This document shows, in pieces, positions 1 through 7,466 of a stretch of 11,586 nucleotides of DNA. Source of the stretch: Promethearchaeota archaeon (GTDB lineage Archaea; Asgardarchaeota; Lokiarchaeia; Sigyniarchaeales; SOKP01); contig JBHLNZ010000088.1 of the NCBI GenBank assembly GCA_048941015.1, positions 1 to 11,586 of the forward strand, given 5' to 3'. Within the stretch, counting starts at the first letter, position 1, and each line of letters starts with the position of its first letter. The translations under genes were made by a program, and so were the position numbers. The notes beneath the pieces are model-generated. The model ran no database searches, was not told the DNA's origin, and saw only the letters and a list, made by a program, of their open reading frames with translations.

Positions 1-40
1 TTCTGCAAATTAAATCTTAAAAAACTTTATTTTACATTCC

Positions 41-703
41 ATGAACTACTGTAAAAATATCGTTATTAGTTTTGATTTAGATAATACTTTAATTAATAAC
101 AAAGAGGGTATTGTTAATTCTTTTAATTATGCTTTAAAGCAATTTAATATTCCTAAAATGAGAAAAAATGAGATTGAAAGAATGATTGGAATTCCTTTGG
201 ATGAGATGTTCCAAAAGGTCTCAAGTTTAAATCCTAGGTTACTATCTACTAGTTTTCGTGAATATTATGGAAATAAAGGTATTTTTCAAGCTAATTTATT
301 ACCTGGTATCAAAGAAAAACTAAAAGAGCTTAAGAAACAATCCTTTATAATGGGTATCATTACATCTAAAAAGCAAGAGATGGCAATAAGAATTACAAAA
401 TATCTAGAAATCTTTGAATTCTTCGATTATATAATTGGTGAGAGTGAAATAGTTAAAAGCAAACTCGATCCTCGTTTACCAGAATTACTTTATAATAAAT
501 ATCCTAGCAACAAAATCATAATCATTGGTGATCATCCTAAAGATAGAGCTTTGGCTGAGAATTTAAAGACACCTTTCATAGGGGTTCTCACTGGGCATCA
601 CACTGCTAAAGAGTTACTAAGTAATATTAAGGTAAAATATTTAATTCTACCAAGCGTTAAAGAATTGACTGCTGAGAATATATTATCCTTATTAGAAAAT
701 TAA
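41..703 (+). CDS. HAD-superfamily hydrolase (subfamily I; phosphoglycolate phosphatase/PpaX-like)
   Basis: Motif I ISFDLDNTL (DxDxT), motif II GIITSK, motif III K (KSKLDP), motif IV IIIGDHPKD, and a helical C1 cap between motifs I and II; 220 aa. Substrate cannot be determined. Confidence 0.9.
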   Translation: MNYCKNIVISFDLDNTLINNKEGIVNSFNYALKQFNIPKMRKNEIERMIGIPLDEMFQKVSSLNPRLLSTSFREYYGNKGIFQANLLPGIKEKLKELKKQSFIMGIITSKKQEMAIRITKYLEIFEFFDYIIGESEIVKSKLDPRLPELLYNKYPSNKIIIIGDHPKDRALAENLKTPFIGVLTGHHTAKELLSNIKVKYLILPSVKELTAENILSLLEN

Positions 704-717
704 TTTGGTATTATAAT

Positions 718-736
718 AAAAAATTAGGAAAAAAAG
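718..736 (-). terminator. Oligo-T tracts downstream of cdhE (archaeal intrinsic terminator candidate)
   Basis: Plus-strand A-runs (aaaaa...aaaaaaa) lie within 30 nt of the cdhE stop, in the convergent gap with the HAD gene. Confidence 0.4.
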
Positions 737-745
737 AATTATGTT

Positions 746-2203
746 TTATTCCTTACCCCAAGATTCGTATTCCTTCATAAATTCTTCTGGTTTCCACTGG
801 GTCTCCATAAATTTCGGAATACCAGAACTATCTCGAGGACCAACAACAACAAAAGCATTTGCCTCATCTTCTAAAGCTCCGCTTAATCGAGCAGCCATAC
901 CTGGGAGAACTAAAATTCGATGTTTAACTTTATCAAAAGCATTAAACTCCTTTACAGCTTCAGCAATACCCCCCGCATTGAATTGGCCCCCCGCAACTGC
1001 TGATTCTATCCCTATTCCTTCAGTGTCAACAACTAATAAATAACATTTAAGATTAGCCCCTTGGAGATCTTGTTCAACAGGAATTTTAGTCATACGATAA
1101 TTGGATGTAACAAATATAGGGGCCATATCATCTGGTTCTCCAATTACATATAAACCAGGATCAACAGCAGGATATATTCGTGGATCAGAGTAAACACTCT
1201 GACGTAAGGTCATAAGAGCTAATAATGCCCAAATTTCATCTTTTTCTTGTCCTGTATGTAAAATTATTAGTGAAGTTGCTATAGATTCCATAATCGCACC
1301 CATAATTACTTCTTGGTATTGATGTGCCCATAAATCTTTATCCTTTTTAATTTTAACTTGACTCCAGTAAGATGCAGGTACTCCCATTACTGGCCAACCA
1401 GCATTTTTATCACCTTTATCAATAGCAGCAGTTCTTAATTGTATAATTCTATCATAAGTTCCTGCTAAATTACCTGGGCCAAAAAAAGTACCAGGATCTA
1501 ATACAATCTCTTTTACACCAAGTTTTTGTAAAGTAGCGCTTAGAGAAACCAGCTCATCTATATCTACTGAGGTTATAACTACAGGCAACTGATTTTCAAC
1601 CGCAAACTTTCCAATCTGCTCCCAACTATCCTTAGTACAGGCATATAAAAGGGGTTTCTCATCTTTAATCTCTGTTGCTGCAGTTATTAAATTATCGAGA
1701 TTTAAACAACATAAAATAACTGGCAGATTAGAAATTTCTGAGATCTTTTTAGCTGCTAATTTAAATTGCTCTTTTTCGCCTGAAACATTCCTTAAAGCAA
1801 TTCCATTAACTTTTAAAACATCACCAATTCTTTCTATGGTTAAATCAGTCAAATATTTTGCCTTTTCCTCTAGATCAGGATCATCGTCAGCAAGTTCAAT
1901 AAAAATAGCCGTTTCATTATAAAAAGTGAGTTGATGTCTCATTAAGACTTCTTCGCCCCCTATTACACATTTTCTATCACCTTTCCCTAAAACTACAGGT
2001 CTTTGGGGGGGTGTTGTTAAAATTTTTAATTTATTAAGGTTCTTTTTTTGCTTAGGATCCGTATTTAAATGAGTGCAATCATCTAATGTGATTTTACGTT
2101 CTAAAAGATCAGTAGCAAAAGCCATACAAGTGTCATAACCACAATCCTTGCAATTTGATTTATCTAATAGAGCGTATATATCAAGTGGAGAAGGTCGTGC
2201 CAT
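746..2203 (-). CDS. cdhE: Acetyl-CoA decarbonylase/synthase complex gamma subunit (corrinoid iron-sulfur protein large subunit, CdhE/AcsC)
   Basis: N-terminal [4Fe-4S] motif C18-x2-C21-x4-C26-x16-C43 (NCKDCGYDTCMAFA...C), then IGGEEVLMRH, a TIM-barrel region (LDPG, LRTAAI), LRQSVYSDP, and a C-terminal cobamide-binding domain (VTSNY, VDTEGIGIESAVAGGQF, LPGMAARLSG, VVGPRDSSGIP). Confidence 0.95.
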   Translation of the reverse strand: MARPSPLDIYALLDKSNCKDCGYDTCMAFATDLLERKITLDDCTHLNTDPKQKKNLNKLKILTTPPQRPVVLGKGDRKCVIGGEEVLMRHQLTFYNETAIFIELADDDPDLEEKAKYLTDLTIERIGDVLKVNGIALRNVSGEKEQFKLAAKKISEISNLPVILCCLNLDNLITAATEIKDEKPLLYACTKDSWEQIGKFAVENQLPVVITSVDIDELVSLSATLQKLGVKEIVLDPGTFFGPGNLAGTYDRIIQLRTAAIDKGDKNAGWPVMGVPASYWSQVKIKKDKDLWAHQYQEVIMGAIMESIATSLIILHTGQEKDEIWALLALMTLRQSVYSDPRIYPAVDPGLYVIGEPDDMAPIFVTSNYRMTKIPVEQDLQGANLKCYLLVVDTEGIGIESAVAGGQFNAGGIAEAVKEFNAFDKVKHRILVLPGMAARLSGALEDEANAFVVVGPRDSSGIPKFMETQWKPEEFMKEYESWGKE

Positions 2204-2211
2204 CTAAATTG

Positions 2212-2216
2212 CCTCC
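2212..2216 (-). promoter_or_regulatory. Shine-Dalgarno (GGAGG) for cdhE
   Basis: The minus strand reads ggaggcaatttagATG, placing GGAGG 8 nt upstream of the start codon. Confidence 0.75.
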
Positions 2217-2403
2217 AAAACCTAGAAATTTTCCATTTTATATGATTTTAATTGAAATAATTATGTTTAGATTTAATTATGAATAGCAATTAAAAATTTG
2301 GATTTTTCGATACAGTTCTGTTAATTATAATTTTGTCAAATTTTCTTTAAGTCTCATGCAGATTTCAAAAAGAATAAAACTTCTCAATTTTTTTCATATC
2401 TAA

Positions 2404-3849
2404 ATGGTGCAAAATGATCCTGATTTTGAGAAATTTGATACATTGTTCTATCCAAAACATATTGCTTTTATTGGCGCCTCTGAGAAAAGTACTTTTGGCT
2501 CAATGCTTTATCTTGTAGCATTCAAAAATTCGATATGGAATGACACATTTTATCCTGTTAATCCTAACCAAGATAAAGTAATGCATTGGAAATGTTATCC
2601 TTCAGTCTTAGATATTCCATTTCCTGTTGATACTGCTTATATTTCTGTTAAAACTCAAATCGTACCAAAAGTATTAAGAGAATGTGTTGAAAAAAAGATA
2701 AAATGGGTTATTGTTTTTGCTTCAGGGTTCTCAGAAACAGGCGATCCAAATGGGAATCAATTAGAAGAAGAACTAAAAAATATAATTAAAGGTTCAGAAA
2801 CAAGAATTATTGGTCCTAATTGTTTAGGGCCTTATAATGGTATAACTGGAATGGCATTTTCATTTAGTGCTCCTATGGGGAATCTTGGAACTATATCCTT
2901 TATGTCTCAATCGGGAGGACATTTAAATCAACTATTAGATGTGGGATTTAAGAGAGACATTCGATTCCGTTATGGTGTAAGTTTTGGAAATCAAATAGAT
3001 TTGAATTGTGTCGACTTTTTAAGACATTATCGAAAAGATAAGAAAACTAAAATAATAATAGCTTATTTAGAATCATTTGGTTCGGGTAATGGCTATGAAT
3101 TTTTCAAGGAATTAAAAAAGACGAGTAATGACAAACCTATCATTATCTGGAAAGGAGGTTATACCAAAGATGGTTCTAGGGCGGCTTTTTCACATACTGG
3201 GGCAATAGCTACTGATTTAAGGCTTTGGAATGCCATGGCAAAGCAAACTGGAGCGCTTTTAGTTAAAGATAATGAAGAATTTTGGAATACTACTAAAACA
3301 CTTGAACTCCTTTTACCTAATCATATTCCTAAGGGAAGAAATGTAGGAGTTATAACTCCAGGAGGTGGTTCATCAGTTAATACAACTGACATATTTGCTT
3401 CCTATAATTTAATAATACCTGAAATAACCAGAGATTCTCAAGAAAAACTTGGAAAAATATTACCACGAGAAAATGTTAATATAAAAAATCCTGTTGATTT
3501 AGGAGCAATGGGATTTGTTGTTGATGTTTTTGCTAATTGTATTGAAATTGTAGTTAATGATCCTAATATAGATATCATCATAGTTCCACTTTGGCCACAT
3601 TTTCTTTATAGTCATGTCTTTAAAAAAATGATTGAAATAAAAAAAAATACAGAAAAACCCTTTGCTTTTTGTCTTCCTAGCATAGCAGATTCCTTAGAAA
3701 TTGCACAAAGGTTTTCCCCCGCAAAAAAAGTATTACATCAAGAGAGAATTCTTTATTTTTTCTCATTAAAAGAAGCAGCAAGAAGTTTTTCTCATTTATG
3801 TGATTATTCTGAATTTTTAAAATCGCATAATATAAATTTGCTTGGATAA
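2404..3849 (+). CDS. NDP-forming acyl-CoA synthetase alpha subunit (ACD/acetate-CoA ligase family; CoA-binding plus ligase domains, no ATP-grasp)
   Basis: IAFIGAS, YPVNP, FASGFSETG, RIIGPNCLG, MSQSGG, VSFGN, YLES, WKGG, the phospho-His loop AAFSHTGA (His264, nt 3193-3195) and NPVDL; 481 aa with no ATP-grasp domain. Confidence 0.9.
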   Translation: MVQNDPDFEKFDTLFYPKHIAFIGASEKSTFGSMLYLVAFKNSIWNDTFYPVNPNQDKVMHWKCYPSVLDIPFPVDTAYISVKTQIVPKVLRECVEKKIKWVIVFASGFSETGDPNGNQLEEELKNIIKGSETRIIGPNCLGPYNGITGMAFSFSAPMGNLGTISFMSQSGGHLNQLLDVGFKRDIRFRYGVSFGNQIDLNCVDFLRHYRKDKKTKIIIAYLESFGSGNGYEFFKELKKTSNDKPIIIWKGGYTKDGSRAAFSHTGAIATDLRLWNAMAKQTGALLVKDNEEFWNTTKTLELLLPNHIPKGRNVGVITPGGGSSVNTTDIFASYNLIIPEITRDSQEKLGKILPRENVNIKNPVDLGAMGFVVDVFANCIEIVVNDPNIDIIIVPLWPHFLYSHVFKKMIEIKKNTEKPFAFCLPSIADSLEIAQRFSPAKKVLHQERILYFFSLKEAARSFSHLCDYSEFLKSHNINLLG

Positions 3850-3854
3850 AAAAA

Positions 3855-4202
3855 TCAAAAATTCTCATATTTTATTATAATTTCTTTTAAAAAAGCCTTC
3901 ATAAAATATCTGCCAATCTTGCAATAATTGAGTTTTTCGTTATTTGTTAAATTTTCAGCGGTTAATAAAAACTCATGGATTTCAATAGCTTTTAATAAAG
4001 AATTGTTATTTATAATAGTTTTTTGTTGATCAAAAGGAGTTTTTAAATAATAATTAGTTTTTTGAGTACAATTTATGAGATTTCTTTCTACGGAAAATTT
4101 AATTTGATGTTTATCCTTCGTTTCTAATAATTGATTATTATTTGGCTGAATGTTCCCATTAATATCTGTATACAAATTTCTTGCGATTTTCCCGGAACTC
4201 AT
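3855..4202 (-). CDS. Hypothetical protein (115 aa)
   Basis: ATG start preceded by the purine-rich gtgaagga; fills otherwise empty space and is convergent with the ACD gene (5-nt gap). No recognisable motif; N/K-rich. Confidence 0.55.
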   Translation of the reverse strand: MSSGKIARNLYTDINGNIQPNNNQLLETKDKHQIKFSVERNLINCTQKTNYYLKTPFDQQKTIINNNSLLKAIEIHEFLLTAENLTNNEKLNYCKIGRYFMKAFLKEIIIKYENF

Positions 4203-4492
4203 TTTCCTTCACTTCTAAATTTTTGAATTAAGCGGATATTATAGGTAAATCTGCATCCTTTTGATATCCTGTATTTTTAATTTTGTCGGAACTTCCCATA
4301 GATTTTCCATTTCTGTTCAAAATCTTGAGAAAATGGTGCTTATTATTCAAATTTTACATAAACTATTATTAAACTTATATTAATTTGAGAGTGAAAGACA
4401 TATTAACACATTAATAACCCTAAACTAAAAAGAAATAACAAAGTTTTAAGTCAAATAAGATATATACCTTAATTTAAAAAAGGTAAAATAAT

Positions 4493-5509
4493 ATGCGTTT
4501 TATTTCTGGTTTAAAAGAAATCTTCAAACAGTATGTTTATACAAGCATCATTTTAGGTTTTATCCTTATATGGATTTTAATTCTAATCCTGCAATATGTT
4601 TATTTTGATATTGCTTTTCGATCAATAATAATAATATTAGGTGGTAGCTTAATCCTGTTTAGTATCATACTATTTTTAGTCTCTTTTCTAAAACCTGTTA
4701 ATAAAATGGGGAAATATATTCTTATTATTGCCCTTTTAATCGCTATTATTATTGCCCTTATTTTTACAGAAGAAATCTTTCTTCCAACTTATCTATTATT
4801 TTTCATCATATCATTGAATGTTAATCTTTTTTTCACCGCTTTTTTTGCTTTTAAATTATGTATCGATTCAGCAACTAAACTAGATGATTATTTATATAAA
4901 AAGGAAAAATCAAGAAAATTTACTCGAATAATTGAGTTTATATTATTTGGATTTTTAAATTGGTGGTTTTTAAGAGCTACTTGGCTTTTCTTTAGCAATA
5001 ATGTTGACCCTCTTGCACAAGCAGCTTCAACAATCTTTAGAATAATAATATGGGTTAATTTAATACTAATTTTATTTGTCATATTAAGAGGAATAATTAC
5101 AAAGAAATTTGCAGCTTATATTACTCTCTTTTTTCTTTTAATCTTCTTTTATGTACTTTATTTAATTTTTGATTTTATTTATGGAGTATTTTTTACAAAT
5201 GAATCAGGAGATCCAATTTATGTTTTACTTTCTTTTGTGGTTGATTTAGTATTATTTTTATATATCATTGGAACTGTTTATGATAGGGCTGATTATTTAC
5301 AAAATAAATTAAAGATTCTTAAAATTGACACAATAGCTTTATTTTTGATTATTATGAAATTGTATGTTCAAATTTCAAAGATATTAAGCAAAACAGGATT
5401 AGAAGATTATTATGCACTTCAACAAGGATGGCTTTTTATAGTTTTTATGTTTTTCACATTATTAGTTGGTATATATTCAATTTTTGCTCATAAACCTAAA
5501 AAATCATGA
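4493..5509 (+). CDS. Polytopic integral membrane protein of unknown function (~10 TM helices)
   Basis: 338 aa with about 10 hydrophobic 20-aa stretches separated by short K/R-rich loops; AGGT upstream of the ATG. No family motif recognised. Confidence 0.8.
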   Translation: MRFISGLKEIFKQYVYTSIILGFILIWILILILQYVYFDIAFRSIIIILGGSLILFSIILFLVSFLKPVNKMGKYILIIALLIAIIIALIFTEEIFLPTYLLFFIISLNVNLFFTAFFAFKLCIDSATKLDDYLYKKEKSRKFTRIIEFILFGFLNWWFLRATWLFFSNNVDPLAQAASTIFRIIIWVNLILILFVILRGIITKKFAAYITLFFLLIFFYVLYLIFDFIYGVFFTNESGDPIYVLLSFVVDLVLFLYIIGTVYDRADYLQNKLKILKIDTIALFLIIMKLYVQISKILSKTGLEDYYALQQGWLFIVFMFFTLLVGIYSIFAHKPKKS

Positions 5510-5529
5510 AATAAATTAGAATCAAATTA

Positions 5530-5575
5530 TCTTCTTTTGTCTTCTTTCTTTTTAGAAATAAAATTGTAAAAAAAA
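5530..5575. terminator. Bidirectional terminator region between the convergent membrane protein genes
   Basis: Plus-strand pyrimidine/T-rich tract tcttcttttgtcttctttctttttt after the 5509 stop, and an A8 run (5568-5575; T8 on the minus strand) after the 5586 stop. Confidence 0.5.
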
Positions 5576-5585
5576 TCAAAATTAA

Positions 5586-6089
5586 TTAATAGTATTCGGT
5601 TTTTGTAAATAATAACGCAAAACAACCATAAAAAACTCCTATTGCGATTCCACTAATCAACACCAGAATCATTGTCGTTGTTGTGGCAGGAGGAATAAAC
5701 ATCGATGGTTCTATATATGCTAATATTGCCATTGCAACACCACTTAGAACAGAAGTTAAGAACCAACCACCAAAACTCCCTCCTTTATTTTCTCCCATTC
5801 TTCCGGCAACTAATGCTCCTACAAATGGAGATACTATAAATCCTATAATTTGTATTAACAAGGAAGCCACAATTCCTGATTGAAACTGATTAACTAATAA
5901 AGTAAATACATCTCCAGGAAAATAGATGACCGGTCCAAAGAGAATCGATAATATCATAAGTGGATTTGCGCTTATTGCGCTAAATAAGGAATTAAGTGTT
6001 CCTTCAATAGTATATGCGATTATAACAAAAAGAAAATTTAATCCGATATATGCAAGTAGACTAAATCCAAAGGCTTTACCAAATCCCAT
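5586..6089 (-). CDS. Small Gly-rich integral membrane protein (4-5 TM), unknown function
   Basis: 167 aa with hydrophobic helices carrying small-residue packing motifs (SPFVGALVAG, GGSFGGWF, SGIAIGVFYG). Confidence 0.85.
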   Translation of the reverse strand: MGFGKAFGFSLLAYIGLNFLFVIIAYTIEGTLNSLFSAISANPLMILSILFGPVIYFPGDVFTLLVNQFQSGIVASLLIQIIGFIVSPFVGALVAGRMGENKGGSFGGWFLTSVLSGVAMAILAYIEPSMFIPPATTTTMILVLISGIAIGVFYGCFALLFTKTEYY

Positions 6090-6109
6090 TTTTTCTCAAA
6101 CTCTTAGCT

Positions 6110-6192
6110 AGACTTTTATTTAAATTAATACTATTGTATTAAATAGGTTAGATTATCTATTTAAATTTATTTTCCTTAGAAAATAAAAGTCT
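6110..6192. repeat. Nested inverted-repeat cluster in a divergent intergenic region
   Basis: Outer 12-bp perfect IR agacttttattt (6110-6121)/aaataaaagtct (6181-6192). Inner IRs are ttaatac/gtattaa (6125-6142), ttaaatag/ctatttaa (6139-6164) and tttattttc/gaaaataaa (6166-6187). Confidence 0.7.
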
Positions 6193-6281
6193 GAATTTAA
6201 TAAAAACATAATTAAAATGAAAAAGTTATAAAAGACTTCAAAATTTAAATAATTTTTATCTCTTATAATAATGACAAGATA

Positions 6282-7319
6282 ATGCGAACTAATCACTTAG
6301 AATTTCATGTCGGCAAATTAAGATACAAATATCTAAAAAATATGTTAAAACAATACGTTTCTAACCTTGAAAAAGAAGATAAAAGGCTTATTTTAGGTTC
6401 TAAAATTGGGGAAGACGCTGCAGTAATTGATATGGGTGATAATTGCTTAGTAGCTAAAACTGACCCAATTACCTTTGCTACAGATGAGATTGGATATTAT
6501 GCAGTAAATGTGAATGTTAATGATGTAGTTTGTATGGGTGCTACTCCAAAATGGTTTCAATCTACTATATTACTTCCAGAAAAAAGGACTAGTGAAGATT
6601 TAATCGAGAAAATATTTAAAGGCATTCATGATACATGCAAATCGATGAATATAACGGTGGTGGGAGGTCATACAGAAATAACACATCATCTTAATAGACC
6701 AATTGTTATCGGATCTTTATTAGGTGAAGTTGAAAAAGATAAATTGGTTAAAACATCGGGCGCTAAAAGTGGAGATGCTCTAATTTTAACTAAAGGCATT
6801 TTTATCGAGGGAACTTCTATTATCGCTAGAGAAAAGGAAAATTTCCTAAAAGAGAAAGGATATGATTTTCAATTTATTAATCGCTGCAAAAAATATTTAC
6901 ATAATCCAGGAATCAGTGTTTTTAAAGAAGCTCTTTTAGCAAATAAAAACTTTCAAATTAATTCTATGCACGATCCTACTGAAGGAGGATTAAATACTGG
7001 AATTGCTGAAATGGGAATAGCTTCTAACTTAGGAGTTGTAATTAAAAAGGACAAAATAAAGATTTTACCTGAACCATTGGAGTTAAGTAAAGTTTTCAAC
7101 ATAAATCCATTGGGAACAATATCTAGTGGTTCTTTATTAATTTCGATAGCTAAGAAAAATTCTCTTGAATTGATTGAATTAATGAAAAAAAATGATATTG
7201 ATGCTGAAATAATAGGAGAATTTAGCAATAAAGAAAAAGAATTTTTTATCGTAGAAAGTAATGGTCAAAAAAATTATCTAACTTATTCAGAAATTGATGA
7301 AATCACTAAAATATTTTAA
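6282..7319 (+). CDS. AIR synthase (PurM)/HypE superfamily ATP-binding protein (PurM-like, function unknown)
   Basis: GKL near the N-terminus, GSKIGEDAAVI, KTDPIT, NVNDVVCMGATP, GGHTE, GDALILTKG, MHDPTEGGL, ISSGSLL; ends DEITKIF without the HypE C-terminal PR(I/V)C. Confidence 0.88.
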   Translation: MRTNHLEFHVGKLRYKYLKNMLKQYVSNLEKEDKRLILGSKIGEDAAVIDMGDNCLVAKTDPITFATDEIGYYAVNVNVNDVVCMGATPKWFQSTILLPEKRTSEDLIEKIFKGIHDTCKSMNITVVGGHTEITHHLNRPIVIGSLLGEVEKDKLVKTSGAKSGDALILTKGIFIEGTSIIAREKENFLKEKGYDFQFINRCKKYLHNPGISVFKEALLANKNFQINSMHDPTEGGLNTGIAEMGIASNLGVVIKKDKIKILPEPLELSKVFNINPLGTISSGSLLISIAKKNSLELIELMKKNDIDAEIIGEFSNKEKEFFIVESNGQKNYLTYSEIDEITKIF

Positions 7320-7344
7320 TCATAATTTTTATTATTTTAATGGT

Positions 7345-7407
7345 TTCAGTCAATTACCTAATATTTTTATTTAAATAAATTTAAATTAATATTATATAAT
7401 TACTGAA
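7345..7407. repeat. 63-bp imperfect palindrome / hairpin
   Basis: Arms ttcagt(c)aatta-cc-taatatt-ttt-atttaaat and atttaaat-t-aatatta-ta-taatt-actgaa give about 26 pairable positions, centred on two tandem ATTTAAAT octamers. Confidence 0.6.
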
Positions 7408-7466
7408 TTTAGTTAAGGGTTGTATGAAATTACACTAAAAATATTAAGCAAGAGATCGGGGATAAA

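Noticed and set aside
741-1043. 100-aa plus-strand ORF
   Set aside because: Antisense shadow of the conserved cdhE C-terminus; no independent motif.
3677-3868. 63-aa minus-strand ORF
   Set aside because: Overlaps the ACD 3' end in antisense; low-complexity translation.
4401-4416. Palindrome tattaa-caca-ttaata in a divergent intergenic region
   Set aside because: The arms are only 6 bp and all A/T, so it is indistinguishable from chance.
4888-5082. 64-aa minus-strand ORF
   Set aside because: Lies entirely antisense within the 338-aa membrane protein gene.
5507-5569. Possible selenocysteine readthrough of the TGA stop of the 338-aa gene (likewise the TGA at 3855)
   Set aside because: No redox-motif context, the downstream sequence is terminator-like, and no SECIS-like hairpin is visible.
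5683-6111. 66-aa and 61-aa plus-strand ORFs
   Set aside because: Antisense shadows of the 167-aa membrane protein gene.
6110-6192. tRNA gene interpretation of the cloverleaf-like region
   Set aside because: No TTCRA T-loop or D-loop GG consensus, extremely low GC, and the stems overlap each other.
6953-7228. 91-aa minus-strand ORF
   Set aside because: Antisense shadow within the PurM-like gene.
6282-7319. Calling this gene hypE or selD
   Set aside because: Lacks the C-terminal PRIC Cys of HypE and the N-terminal catalytic Cys/Sec motif of SelD.
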